64,000 nt of DNA, taken from positions 1,987,620 through 2,051,619 of the forward strand of contig OZ244846.1 of NCBI GenBank assembly GCA_965220815.1, read 5' to 3'. Both the position numbers and the translations under genes were made by a program. Below, piece by piece: positions 48,101 through 63,100 of the stretch (position 1 is its first letter; each line of letters starts with the position of its first letter). The stretch comes from Gammaproteobacteria bacterium (GTDB lineage Bacteria; Pseudomonadota; Gammaproteobacteria; Eutrophobiales; Eutrophobiaceae). Below the pieces are notes generated by a model. It was not told the DNA's origin. It worked only from the letters and a program-made list of their open reading frames with translations, and did no database searches.

Positions 48101-51100
48101 CGAACGAGACGATAAGCATCGCGGGCACGCTGGCCGGTGTGACGTTCACCGACACCGTCATCACCATTACGGACGATGAGGCCCTGCCGACGCTGAGCCT
48201 GGCGCTCGGCGCAGCGTCGATTAACGAGAGCGGCAACGGCAACAGCACCGCGGTGACGGCGCGCTTGTCGGGCAAGTCCAGCGTGGACGTGACGGTGGCG
48301 GTGGGCACGGCGCCGGGGGCGGACACGACCACCGGCGATTACACGGTGAGCGCCAACACGACGCTGACGATTGCCGCGGGGTCGACGGCGAGCACGGGGG
48401 AGGTGACCATCACCGCAGTCGATAACAAGGTGGACGCCCCGAACAAGAGCGTGACGGTCTCGGGCACGGCCAGTGGCGGCGGGGTGGCGAACCCGGGCAA
48501 CCAGACGTTGACCATCACGGACGATGACACCCGCGGCATCACCGTGACGCCGCTCACGCGCACCCTGGACGAGGTCGATGACGCGGACACCGACGACGCT
48601 ACGGAAAACCGGGCCACCTACACGGTGGTGCTCGACAGCGAGCCCACCGGCACCGTGACCGTCAACCTGGCCAGCAAGGACGGGACGGTGGCCACGGTCG
48701 GCACGGCCAGCCTGGTCTTCACCACCGCCGACTGGAACACGGTGCGCACGGTGACCGTCACCGCGGTGCCGGACATCATCGACAACACCGGCAATGCGCG
48801 CACGGTGGACATCGAGCACACGGTGGTGGCGGCGGGCACGGACTACGAGGACGAGAGTGCGGCCAGCGTGACCGTCACGGTCACCGACGATGACGCGGCG
48901 CCGATGACGATGACCCTGACGGTGGATGCGGACACGGCCACGAACAACGTGCAGGGCAGCCTGGCCGAGGACGGCGGGGCGAAGACGGTGCGGGTCACGG
49001 CCGCGATTACCGGCGCCACCCGCTTTGCCGCCGCGCAGACGGTGAGCGTGGCGGTGGGCAAGGCGATGGACAGCGCCCGGGAGGGGACGGACTACGCCAC
49101 GGTGGCCGACCAGACCATCACGATTGCGGCGGGGGCGGCCAGCGGGCAGGTGGACTTCACGCTGACGCCCACGGACGATGACATCGACGAGCCGAACGAG
49201 ACGATAAGCATCGCGGGCACGCTGGCCGGTGTGACGTTCACCGACACCGTCATCACCATTACGGACGATGAGGCCCTGCCGACGCTGAGCCTGGCGCTCG
49301 GCGCAGCGTCGATTAACGAGAGCGGCAACGGCAACAGCACCGCGGTGACGGCGCGCTTGTCGGGCAAGTCCAGCGTGGACGTGACGGTGGCGGTGGGCAC
49401 GGCGCCGGGGGCGGACACGACCACCGGCGATTACACGGTGAGCGCCAACACGACGCTGACGATTGCCGCGGGGTCGACGGCGAGCACGGGGGAGGTGACC
49501 ATCACCGCAGTCGATAACAAGGTGGACGCCCCGAACAAGAGCGTGACGGTCTCGGGCACGGCCAGTGGCGGCGGGGTGGCGAACCCGGGCAACCAGACGT
49601 TGACCATCACGGACGATGACACCCGCGGCATCACCGTGACGCCGCTCACGCGCACCCTGGACGAGGTCGATGACGCGGACACCGACGACGCTACGGAAAA
49701 CCGGGCCACCTACACGGTGGTGCTCGACAGCGAGCCCACCGGCACCGTGACCGTCAACCTGGCCAGCAAGGACGGGACGGTGGCCACGGTCGGCACGGCC
49801 AGCCTGGTCTTCACCACCGCCGACTGGAACACGGTGCGCACGGTGACCGTCACCGCGGTGCCGGACATCATCGACAACACCGGCAATGCGCGCACGGTGG
49901 ACATCGAGCACACGGTGGTGGCGGCGGGCACGGACTACGAGGACGAGAGTGCGGCCAGCGTGACCGTCACGGTCACCGACGATGACGCGGCGCCGATGAC
50001 GATGACCCTGACGGTGGATGCGGACACGGCCACGAACAACGTGCAGGGCAGCCTGGCCGAGGACGGCGGGGCGAAGACGGTGCGGGTCACGGCCGCGATT
50101 ACCGGCGCCACCCGCTTTGCCGCCGCGCAGACGGTGAGCGTGGCGGTGGGCAAGGCGATGGACAGCGCCCGGGAGGGGACGGACTACGCCACGGTGGCCG
50201 ACCAGACCATCACGATTGCGGCGGGGGCGGCCAGCGGGCAGGTGGACTTCACGCTGACGCCCACGGACGATGACATCGACGAGCCGAACGAGACGATAAG
50301 CATCGCGGGCACGCTGGCCGGTGTGACGTTCACCGACACCGTCATCACCATTACGGACGATGAGGCCCTGCCGACGCTGAGCCTGGCGCTCGGCGCAGCG
50401 TCGATTAACGAGAGCGGCAACGGCAACAGCACCGCGGTGACGGCGCGCTTGTCGGGCAAGTCCAGCGTGGACGTGACGGTGGCGGTGGGCACGGCGCCGG
50501 GGGCGGACACGACCACCGGCGATTACACGGTGAGCGCCAACACGACGCTGACGATTGCCGCGGGGTCGACGGCGAGCACGGGGGAGGTGACCATCACCGC
50601 AGTCGATAACAAGGTGGACGCCCCGAACAAGAGCGTGACGGTCTCGGGCACGGCCAGTGGCGGCGGGGTGGCGAACCCGGGCAACCAGACGTTGACCATC
50701 ACGGACGATGACACCCGCGGCATCACCGTGACGCCGCTCACGCGCACCCTGGACGAGGTCGATGACGCGGACACCGACGACGCTACGGAAAACCGGGCCA
50801 CCTACACGGTGGTGCTCGACAGCGAGCCCACCGGCACCGTGACCGTCAACCTGGCCAGCAAGGACGGGACGGTGGCCACGGTCGGCACGGCCAGCCTGGT
50901 CTTCACCACCGCCGACTGGAACACGGTGCGCACGGTGACCGTCACCGCGGTGCCGGACATCATCGACAACACCGGCAATGCGCGCACGGTGGACATCGAG
51001 CACACGGTGGTGGCGGCGGGCACGGACTACGAGGACGAGAGTGCGGCCAGCGTGACCGTCACGGTCACCGACGATGACGCGGCGCCGATGACGATGACCC

Positions 51101-54100
51101 TGACGGTGGATGCGGACACGGCCACGAACAACGTGCAGGGCAGCCTGGCCGAGGACGGCGGGGCGAAGACGGTGCGGGTCACGGCCGCGATTACCGGCGC
51201 CACCCGCTTTGCCGCCGCGCAGACGGTGAGCGTGGCGGTGGGCAAGGCGATGGACAGCGCCCGGGAGGGGACGGACTACGCCACGGTGGCCGACCAGACC
51301 ATCACGATTGCGGCGGGGGCGGCCAGCGGGCAGGTGGACTTCACGCTGACGCCCACGGACGATGACATCGACGAGCCGAACGAGACGATAAGCATCGCGG
51401 GCACGCTGGCCGGTGTGACGTTCACCGACACCGTCATCACCATTACGGACGATGAGGCCCTGCCGACGCTGAGCCTGGCGCTCGGCGCAGCGTCGATTAA
51501 CGAGAGCGGCAACGGCAACAGCACCGCGGTGACGGCGCGCTTGTCGGGCAAGTCCAGCGTGGACGTGACGGTGGCGGTGGGCACGGCGCCGGGGGCGGAC
51601 ACGACCACCGGCGATTACACGGTGAGCGCCAACACGACGCTGACGATTGCCGCGGGGTCGACGGCGAGCACGGGGGAGGTGACCATCACCGCAGTCGATA
51701 ACAAGGTGGACGCCCCGAACAAGAGCGTGACGGTCTCGGGCACGGCCAGTGGCGGCGGGGTGGCGAACCCGGGCAACCAGACGTTGACCATCACGGACGA
51801 TGACACCCGCGGCATCACCGTGACGCCGCTCACGCGCACCCTGGACGAGGTCGATGACGCGGACACCGACGACGCTACGGAAAACCGGGCCACCTACACG
51901 GTGGTGCTCGACAGCGAGCCCACCGGCACCGTGACCGTCAACCTGGCCAGCAAGGACGGGACGGTGGCCACGGTCGGCACGGCCAGCCTGGTCTTCACCA
52001 CCGCCGACTGGAACACGGTGCGCACGGTGACCGTCACCGCGGTGCCGGACATCATCGACAACACCGGCAATGCGCGCACGGTGGACATCGAGCACACGGT
52101 GGTGGCGGCGGGCACGGACTACGAGGACGAGAGTGCGGCCAGCGTGACCGTCACGGTCACCGACGATGACGCGGCGCCGATGACGATGACCCTGACGGTG
52201 GATGCGGACACGGCCACGAACAACGTGCAGGGCAGCCTGGCCGAGGACGGCGGGGCGAAGACGGTGCGGGTCACGGCCGCGATTACCGGCGCCACCCGCT
52301 TTGCCGCCGCGCAGACGGTGAGCGTGGCGGTGGGCAAGGCGATGGACAGCGCCCGGGAGGGGACGGACTACGCCACGGTGGCCGACCAGACCATCACGAT
52401 TGCGGCGGGGGCGGCCAGCGGGCAGGTGGACTTCACGCTGACGCCCACGGACGATGACATCGACGAGCCGAACGAGACGATAAGCATCGCGGGCACGCTG
52501 GCCGGTGTGACGTTCACCGACACCGTCATCACCATTACGGACGATGAGGCCCTGCCGACGCTGAGCCTGGCGCTCGGCGCAGCGTCGATTAACGAGAGCG
52601 GCAACGGCAACAGCACCGCGGTGACGGCGCGCTTGTCGGGCAAGTCCAGCGTGGACGTGACGGTGGCGGTGGGCACGGCGCCGGGGGCGGACACGACCAC
52701 CGGCGATTACACGGTGAGCGCCAACACGACGCTGACGATTGCCGCGGGGTCGACGGCGAGCACGGGGGAGGTGACCATCACCGCAGTCGATAACAAGGTG
52801 GACGCCCCGAACAAGAGCGTGACGGTCTCGGGCACGGCCAGTGGCGGCGGGGTGGCGAACCCGGGCAACCAGACGTTGACCATCACGGACGATGACACCC
52901 GCGGCATCACCGTGACGCCGCTCACGCGCACCCTGGACGAGGTCGATGACGCGGACACCGACGACGCTACGGAAAACCGGGCCACCTACACGGTGGTGCT
53001 CGACAGCGAGCCCACCGGCACCGTGACCGTCAACCTGGCCAGCAAGGACGGGACGGTGGCCACGGTCGGCACGGCCAGCCTGGTCTTCACCACCGCCGAC
53101 TGGAACACGGTGCGCACGGTGACCGTCACCGCGGTGCCGGACATCATCGACAACACCGGCAATGCGCGCACGGTGGACATCGAGCACACGGTGGTGGCGG
53201 CGGGCACGGACTACGAGGACGAGAGTGCGGCCAGCGTGACCGTCACGGTCACCGACGATGACGCCGCGCCGGGCGGGATTGCGCTCTCGGTCTCCCCGGC
53301 CTCGGTGGGCGAGGGGGCCGGGGAGACGGAGGTGACGGTGACGGCCACGGTGGGCGGGGCCTCCCGTTACGAGGCGGCGCAGACGGTGGCGGTGAGCGTG
53401 GGCGGGGGTACGGCCACCGCCCCGGCGGACTATGCGGCGGTGGCGGGGTTTAACATTGTCATTGCCGCGGGGGCGGTGAGCGCGACCGGCACGTTCGACC
53501 TGACGCCGGTGGACGATGCGCTGGCGGAGGGCAACGAGACCATCGACGTGACGGGCGTCGCCGGCGCGCTGGACGTGACCGACACGGAGATTACCCTTAA
53601 CGACGATGACACCGCGCCCACGGCGCTGACCCTGACGGTGGATGCGGACACGGCCACGAACAACGTGCAGGGCAGCCTGGCCGAGAACGGCGGGGCGAAG
53701 ACGGTGCGGGTGACGGCGACCCTGGACGGGGCCGGGCGCTTTACCGAGGCCAAGACCGTGACGGTGGCGGTGGGCAAGAACACGGACGGCGCCCGGGAGG
53801 GGACGGACTACGCCGTTGTCGCCGACCTGAGCATCGTGATTGCGGCGGGGGAAGGCAGCGCGCACGCGGACTTCACGCTGACGCCGACCGATGACGCCCT
53901 GGCGGAGGGCAGCGAGACGATAAGCATCGCGGGCACGGTGGCCGGGCTGAGTGTCACCGACACTGAAATTACCCTTAACGACGATGACGTGGCGCCCACG
54001 GGCATCACGGTCACGGTGGACGTGGACCCGGACACGGTCGGCGACCAGACCAGTCTGGCCGAGGACGCCGGGGCGCGCACGGTGACGGTGACCGCCGCGG

Positions 54101-57100
54101 TGAACGGGGCGACCCGTTACGTGGCGGCGACGACGGTGGCGGTGGCGGTGGGCAAGGCGGATGACGGGGCCACGGAGGGCACGGACTACGCCAACGTGGC
54201 CGACCTCAGCCTGACGATTGCGGCCGGTGAGCAGAGCGCCAGCGCCACGTTCACGCTGACGGTGACGGACGATGCCTTTAACGAGGGCAACGAGACCATC
54301 AGCGTGGACGGCACGGCGGGCACGCTGAGCGTGACCGATGCGGAAATCACCATTAACGACGATGACGCCGCGCCGGGCGGGATTGCGCTCTCGGTCTCCC
54401 CGGCCTCGGTGGGCGAGGGGGCCGGGGAGACGGAGGTGACGGTGACGGCCACGGTGGGCGGGGCCTCCCGTTACGAGGCGGCGCAGACGGTGGCGGTGAG
54501 CGTGGGCGGGGGTACGGCCACCGCCCCGGCGGACTATGCGGCGGTGGCGGGGTTTAACATTGTCATTGCCGCGGGGGCGGTGAGCGCGACCGGCACGTTC
54601 GACCTGACGCCGGTGGACGATGCGCTGGCGGAGGGCAACGAGACCATCGACGTGACGGGCGTCGCCGGCGCGCTGGACGTGACCGACACGGAGATTACCC
54701 TTAACGACGATGACACCGCGCCCACGGCGCTGACCCTGACGGTGGATGCGGACACGGCCACGAACAACGTGCAGGGCAGCCTGGCCGAGAACGGCGGGGC
54801 GAAGACGGTGCGGGTGACGGCGACCCTGGACGGGGCCGGGCGCTTTACCGAGGCCAAGACCGTGACGGTGGCGGTGGGCAAGAACACGGACGGCGCCCGG
54901 GAGGGGACGGACTACGCCGTTGTCGCCGACCTGAGCATCGTGATTGCGGCGGGGGAAGGCAGCGCGCACGCGGACTTCACGCTGACGCCGACCGATGACG
55001 CCCTGGCGGAGGGCAGCGAGACGATAAGCATCGCGGGCACGGTGGCCGGGCTGAGTGTCACCGACACTGAAATTACCCTTAACGACGATGACGTGGCGCC
55101 CACGGGCATCACGGTCACGGTGGACGTGGACCCGGACACGGTCGGCGACCAGACCAGTCTGGCCGAGGACGCCGGGGCGCGCACGGTGACGGTGACCGCC
55201 GCGGTGAACGGGGCGACCCGTTACGTGGCGGCGACGACGGTGGCGGTGGCGGTGGGCAAGGCGGATGACGGGGCCACGGAGGGCACGGACTACGCCAACG
55301 TGGCCGACCTCAGCCTGACGATTGCGGCCGGTGAGCAGAGCGCCAGCGCCACGTTCACGCTGACGGTGACGGACGATGCCTTTAACGAGGGCAACGAGAC
55401 CATCAGCGTGGACGGCACGGCGGGCACGCTGAGCGTGACCGATGCGGAAATCACCATTAACGACGATGACGCCGCGCCGGGCGGGATTGCGCTCTCGGTC
55501 TCCCCGGCCTCGGTGGGCGAGGGGGCCGGGGAGACGGAGGTGACGGTGACGGCCACGGTGGGCGGGGCCTCCCGTTACGAGGCGGCGCAGACGGTGGCGG
55601 TGAGCGTGGGCGGGGGTACGGCCACCGCCCCGGCGGACTATGCGGCGGTGGCGGGGTTTAACATTGTCATTGCCGCGGGGGCGGTGAGCGCGACCGGCAC
55701 GTTCGACCTGACGCCGGTGGACGATGCGCTGGCGGAGGGCAACGAGACCATCGACGTGACGGGCGTCGCCGGCGCGCTGGACGTGACCGACACGGAGATT
55801 ACCCTTAACGACGATGACACCGCGCCCACGGCGCTGACCCTGACGGTGGATGCGGACACGGCCACGAACAACGTGCAGGGCAGCCTGGCCGAGAACGGCG
55901 GGGCGAAGACGGTGCGGGTGACGGCGACCCTGGACGGGGCCGGGCGCTTTACCGAGGCCAAGACCGTGACGGTGGCGGTGGGCAAGAACACGGACGGCGC
56001 CCGGGAGGGGACGGACTACGCCGTTGTCGCCGACCTGAGCATCGTGATTGCGGCGGGGGAAGGCAGCGCGCACGCGGACTTCACGCTGACGCCGACCGAT
56101 GACGCCCTGGCGGAGGGCAGCGAGACGATAAGCATCGCGGGCACGGTGGCCGGGCTGAGTGTCACCGACACTGAAATTACCCTTAACGACGATGACGTGG
56201 CGCCCACGGGCATCACGGTCACGGTGGACGTGGACCCGGACACGGTCGGCGACCAGACCAGTCTGGCCGAGGACGCCGGGGCGCGCACGGTGACGGTGAC
56301 CGCCGCGGTGAACGGGGCGACCCGTTACGTGGCGGCGACGACGGTGGCGGTGGCGGTGGGCAAGGCGGATGACGGGGCCACGGAGGGCACGGACTACGCC
56401 AACGTGGCCGACCTCAGCCTGACGATTGCGGCCGGTGAGCAGAGCGCCAGCGCCACGTTCACGCTGACGGTGACGGACGATGCCTTTAACGAGGGCAACG
56501 AGACCATCAGCGTGGACGGCACGGCGGGCACGCTGAGCGTGACCGATGCGGAAATCACCATTAACGACGATGACGCCGCGCCGGGCGGGATTGCGCTCTC
56601 GGTCTCCCCGGCCTCGGTGGGCGAGGGGGCCGGGGAGACGGAGGTGACGGTGACGGCCACGGTGGGCGGGGCCTCCCGTTACGAGGCGGCGCAGACGGTG
56701 GCGGTGAGCGTGGGCGGGGGTACGGCCACCGCCCCGGCGGACTATGCGGCGGTGGCGGGGTTTAACATTGTCATTGCCGCGGGGGCGGTGAGCGCGACCG
56801 GCACGTTCGACCTGACGCCGGTGGACGATGCGCTGGCGGAGGGCAACGAGACCATCGACGTGACGGGCGTCGCCGGCGCGCTGGACGTGACCGACACGGA
56901 GATTACCCTTAACGACGATGACACCGCGCCCACGGCGCTGACCCTGACGGTGGATGCGGACACGGCCACGAACAACGTGCAGGGCAGCCTGGCCGAGAAC
57001 GGCGGGGCGAAGACGGTGCGGGTGACGGCGACCCTGGACGGGGCCGGGCGCTTTACCGAGGCCAAGACCGTGACGGTGGCGGTGGGCAAGAACACGGACG

Positions 57101-60100
57101 GCGCCCGGGAGGGGACGGACTACGCCGTTGTCGCCGACCTGAGCATCGTGATTGCGGCGGGGGAAGGCAGCGCGCACGCGGACTTCACGCTGACGCCGAC
57201 CGATGACGCCCTGGCGGAGGGCAGCGAGACGATAAGCATCGCGGGCACGGTGGCCGGGCTGAGTGTCACCGACACTGAAATTACCCTTAACGACGATGAC
57301 GTGGCGCCCACGGGCATCACGGTCACGGTGGACGTGGACCCGGACACGGTCGGCGACCAGACCAGTCTGGCCGAGGACGCCGGGGCGCGCACGGTGACGG
57401 TGACCGCCGCGGTGAACGGGGCGACCCGTTACGTGGCGGCGACGACGGTGGCGGTGGCGGTGGGCAAGGCGGATGACGGGGCCACGGAGGGCACGGACTA
57501 CGCCAACGTGGCCGACCTCAGCCTGACGATTGCGGCCGGTGAGCAGAGCGCCAGCGCCACGTTCACGCTGACGGTGACGGACGATGCCTTTAACGAGGGC
57601 AACGAGACCATCAGCGTGGACGGCACGGCGGGCACGCTGAGCGTGACCGATGCGGAAATCACCATTAACGACGATGACGCCGCGCCGGGCGGGATTGCGC
57701 TCTCGGTCTCCCCGGCCTCGGTGGGCGAGGGGGCCGGGGAGACGGAGGTGACGGTGACGGCCACGGTGGGCGGGGCCTCCCGTTACGAGGCGGCGCAGAC
57801 GGTGGCGGTGAGCGTGGGCGGGGGTACGGCCACCGCCCCGGCGGACTATGCGGCGGTGGCGGGGTTTAACATTGTCATTGCCGCGGGGGCGGTGAGCGCG
57901 ACCGGCACGTTCGACCTGACGCCGGTGGACGATGCGCTGGCGGAGGGCAACGAGACCATCGACGTGACGGGCGTCGCCGGCGCGCTGGACGTGACCGACA
58001 CGGAGATTACCCTTAACGACGATGACACCGCGCCCACGGCGCTGACCCTGACGGTGGATGCGGACACGGCCACGAACAACGTGCAGGGCAGCCTGGCCGA
58101 GAACGGCGGGGCGAAGACGGTGCGGGTGACGGCGACCCTGGACGGGGCCGGGCGCTTTACCGAGGCCAAGACCGTGACGGTGGCGGTGGGCAAGAACACG
58201 GACGGCGCCCGGGAGGGGACGGACTACGCCGTTGTCGCCGACCTGAGCATCGTGATTGCGGCGGGGGAAGGCAGCGCGCACGCGGACTTCACGCTGACGC
58301 CGACCGATGACGCCCTGGCGGAGGGCAGCGAGACGATAAGCATCGCGGGCACGGTGGCCGGGCTGAGTGTCACCGACACTGAAATTACCCTTAACGACGA
58401 TGACGTGGCGCCCACGGGCATCACGGTCACGGTGGACGTGGACCCGGACACGGTCGGCGACCAGACCAGTCTGGCCGAGGACGCCGGGGCGCGCACGGTG
58501 ACGGTGACCGCCGCGGTGAACGGGGCGACCCGTTACGTGGCGGCGACGACGGTGGCGGTGGCGGTGGGCAAGGCGGATGACGGGGCCACGGAGGGCACGG
58601 ACTACGCCAACGTGGCCGACCTCAGCCTGACGATTGCGGCCGGTGAGCAGAGCGCCAGCGCCACGTTCACGCTGACGGTGACGGACGATGCCTTTAACGA
58701 GGGCAACGAGACCATCAGCGTGGACGGCACGGCGGGCACGCTGAGCGTGACCGATGCGGAAATCACCATTAACGACGATGACGCCGCGCCGGGCGGGATT
58801 GCGCTCTCGGTCTCCCCGGCCTCGGTGGGCGAGGGGGCCGGGGAGACGGAGGTGACGGTGACGGCCACGGTGGGCGGGGCCTCCCGTTACGAGGCGGCGC
58901 AGACGGTGGCGGTGAGCGTGGGCGGGGGTACGGCCACCGCCCCGGCGGACTATGCGGCGGTGGCGGGGTTTAACATTGTCATTGCCGCGGGGGCGGTGAG
59001 CGCGACCGGCACGTTCGACCTGACGCCGGTGGACGATGCGCTGGCGGAGGGCAACGAGACCATCGACGTGACGGGCGTCGCCGGCGCGCTGGACGTGACC
59101 GACACGGAGATTACCCTTAACGACGATGACACCGCGCCCACGGCGCTGACCCTGACGGTGGATGCGGACACGGCCACGAACAACGTGCAGGGCAGCCTGG
59201 CCGAGAACGGCGGGGCGAAGACGGTGCGGGTGACGGCGACCCTGGACGGGGCCGGGCGCTTTACCGAGGCCAAGACCGTGACGGTGGCGGTGGGCAAGAA
59301 CACGGACGGCGCCCGGGAGGGGACGGACTACGCCGTTGTCGCCGACCTGAGCATCGTGATTGCGGCGGGGGAAGGCAGCGCGCACGCGGACTTCACGCTG
59401 ACGCCGACCGATGACGCCCTGGCGGAGGGCAGCGAGACGATAAGCATCGCGGGCACGGTGGCCGGGCTGAGTGTCACCGACACTGAAATTACCCTTAACG
59501 ACGATGACGTGGCGCCCACGGGCATCACGGTCACGGTGGACGTGGACCCGGACACGGTCGGCGACCAGACCAGTCTGGCCGAGGACGCCGGGGCGCGCAC
59601 GGTGACGGTGACCGCCGCGGTGAACGGGGCGACCCGTTACGTGGCGGCGACGACGGTGGCGGTGGCGGTGGGCAAGGCGGATGACGGGGCCACGGAGGGC
59701 ACGGACTACGCCAACGTGGCCGACCTCAGCCTGACGATTGCGGCCGGTGAGCAGAGCGCCAGCGCCACGTTCACGCTGACGGTGACGGACGATGCCTTTA
59801 ACGAGGGCAACGAGACCATCAGCGTGGACGGCACGGCGGGCACGCTGAGCGTGACCGATGCGGAAATCACCATTAACGACGATGACGCCGCGCCGGGCGG
59901 GATTGCGCTCTCGGTCTCCCCGGCCTCGGTGGGCGAGGGGGCCGGGGAGACGGAGGTGACGGTGACGGCCACGGTGGGCGGGGCCTCCCGTTACGAGGCG
60001 GCGCAGACGGTGGCGGTGAGCGTGGGCGGGGGTACGGCCACCGCCCCGGCGGACTATGCGGCGGTGGCGGGGTTTAACATTGTCATTGCCGCGGGGGCGG

Positions 60101-63100
60101 TGAGCGCGACCGGCACGTTCGACCTGACGCCGGTGGACGATGCGCTGGCGGAGGGCAACGAGACCATCGACGTGACGGGCGTCGCCGGCGCGCTGGACGT
60201 GACCGACACGGAGATTACCCTTAACGACGATGACACCGCGCCCACGGCGCTGACCCTGACGGTGGATGCGGACACGGCCACGAACAACGTGCAGGGCAGC
60301 CTGGCCGAGAACGGCGGGGCGAAGACGGTGCGGGTGACGGCGACCCTGGACGGGGCCGGGCGCTTTACCGAGGCCAAGACCGTGACGGTGGCGGTGGGCA
60401 AGAACACGGACGGCGCCCGGGAGGGGACGGACTACGCCGTTGTCGCCGACCTGAGCATCGTGATTGCGGCGGGGGAAGGCAGCGCGCACGCGGACTTCAC
60501 GCTGACGCCGACCGATGACGCCCTGGCGGAGGGCAGCGAGACGATAAGCATCGCGGGCACGGTGGCCGGGCTGAGTGTCACCGACACTGAAATTACCCTT
60601 AACGACGATGACGTGGCGCCCACGGGCATCACGGTCACGGTGGACGTGGACCCGGACACGGTCGGCGACCAGACCAGTCTGGCCGAGGACGCCGGGGCGC
60701 GCACGGTGACGGTGACCGCCGCGGTGAACGGGGCGACCCGTTACGTGGCGGCGACGACGGTGGCGGTGGCGGTGGGCAAGGCGGATGACGGGGCCACGGA
60801 GGGCACGGACTACGCCAACGTGGCCGACCTCAGCCTGACGATTGCGGCCGGTGAGCAGAGCGCCAGCGCCACGTTCACGCTGACGGTGACGGACGATGCC
60901 TTTAACGAGGGCAACGAGACCATCAGCGTGGACGGCACGGCGGGCACGCTGAGCGTGACCGATGCGGAAATCACCATTAACGACGATGACGCCGCGCCGG
61001 GCGGGATTGCGCTCTCGGTCTCCCCGGCCTCGGTGGGCGAGGGGGCCGGGGAGACGGAGGTGACGGTGACGGCCACGGTGGGCGGGGCCTCCCGTTACGA
61101 GGCGGCGCAGACGGTGGCGGTGAGCGTGGGCGGGGGTACGGCCACCGCCCCGGCGGACTATGCGGCGGTGGCGGGGTTTAACATTGTCATTGCCGCGGGG
61201 GCGGTGAGCGCGACCGGCACGTTCGACCTGACGCCGGTGGACGATGCGCTGGCGGAGGGCAACGAGACCATCGACGTGACGGGCGTCGCCGGCGCGCTGG
61301 ACGTGACCGACACGGAGATTACCCTTAACGACGATGACACCGCGCCCACGGCGCTGACCCTGACGGTGGATGCGGACACGGCCACGAACAACGTGCAGGG
61401 CAGCCTGGCCGAGAACGGCGGGGCGAAGACGGTGCGGGTGACGGCGACCCTGGACGGGGCCGGGCGCTTTACCGAGGCCAAGACCGTGACGGTGGCGGTG
61501 GGCAAGAACACGGACGGCGCCCGGGAGGGGACGGACTACGCCGTTGTCGCCGACCTGAGCATCGTGATTGCGGCGGGGGAAGGCAGCGCGCACGCGGACT
61601 TCACGCTGACGCCGACCGATGACGCCCTGGCGGAGGGCAGCGAGACGATAAGCATCGCGGGCACGGTGGCCGGGCTGAGTGTCACCGACACTGAAATTAC
61701 CCTTAACGACGATGACGTGGCGCCCACGGGCATCACGGTCACGGTGGACGTGGACCCGGACACGGTCGGCGACCAGACCAGTCTGGCCGAGGACGCCGGG
61801 GCGCGCACGGTGACGGTGACCGCCGCGGTGAACGGGGCGACCCGTTACGTGGCGGCGACGACGGTGGCGGTGGCGGTGGGCAAGGCGGATGACGGGGCCA
61901 CGGAGGGCACGGACTACGCCAACGTGGCCGACCTCAGCCTGACGATTGCGGCCGGTGAGCAGAGCGCCAGCGCCACGTTCACGCTGACGGTGACGGACGA
62001 TGCCTTTAACGAGGGCAACGAGACCATCAGCGTGGACGGCACGGCGGGCACGCTGAGCGTGACCGATGCGGAAATCACCATTAACGACGATGACGCCGCG
62101 CCGGGCGGGATTGCGCTCTCGGTCTCCCCGGCCTCGGTGGGCGAGGGGGCCGGGGAGACGGAGGTGACGGTGACGGCCACGGTGGGCGGGGCCTCCCGTT
62201 ACGAGGCGGCGCAGACGGTGGCGGTGAGCGTGGGCGGGGGTACGGCCACCGCCCCGGCGGACTATGCGGCGGTGGCGGGGTTTAACATTGTCATTGCCGC
62301 GGGGGCGGTGAGCGCGACCGGCACGTTCGACCTGACGCCGGTGGACGATGCGCTGGCGGAGGGCAACGAGACCATCGACGTGACGGGCGTCGCCGGCGCG
62401 CTGGACGTGACCGACACGGAGATTACCCTTAACGACGATGACACCGCGCCCACGGCGCTGACCCTGACGGTGGATGCGGACACGGCCACGAACAACGTGC
62501 AGGGCAGCCTGGCCGAGAACGGCGGGGCGAAGACGGTGCGGGTGACGGCGACCCTGGACGGGGCCGGGCGCTTTACCGAGGCCAAGACCGTGACGGTGGC
62601 GGTGGGCAAGAACACGGACGGCGCCCGGGAGGGGACGGACTACGCCGTTGTCGCCGACCTGAGCATCGTGATTGCGGCGGGGGAAGGCAGCGCGCACGCG
62701 GACTTCACGCTGACGCCGACCGATGACGCCCTGGCGGAGGGCAGCGAGACGATAAGCATCGCGGGCACGGTGGCCGGGCTGAGTGTCACCGACACTGAAA
62801 TTACCCTTAACGACGATGACGTGGCGCCCACGGGCATCACGGTCACGGTGGACGTGGACCCGGACACGGTCGGCGACCAGACCAGTCTGGCCGAGGACGC
62901 CGGGGCGCGCACGGTGACGGTGACCGCCGCGGTGAACGGGGCGACCCGTTACGTGGCGGCGACGACGGTGGCGGTGGCGGTGGGCAAGGCGGATGACGGG
63001 GCCACGGAGGGCACGGACTACGCCAACGTGGCCGACCTCAGCCTGACGATTGCGGCCGGTGAGCAGAGCGCCAGCGCCACGTTCACGCTGACGGTGACGG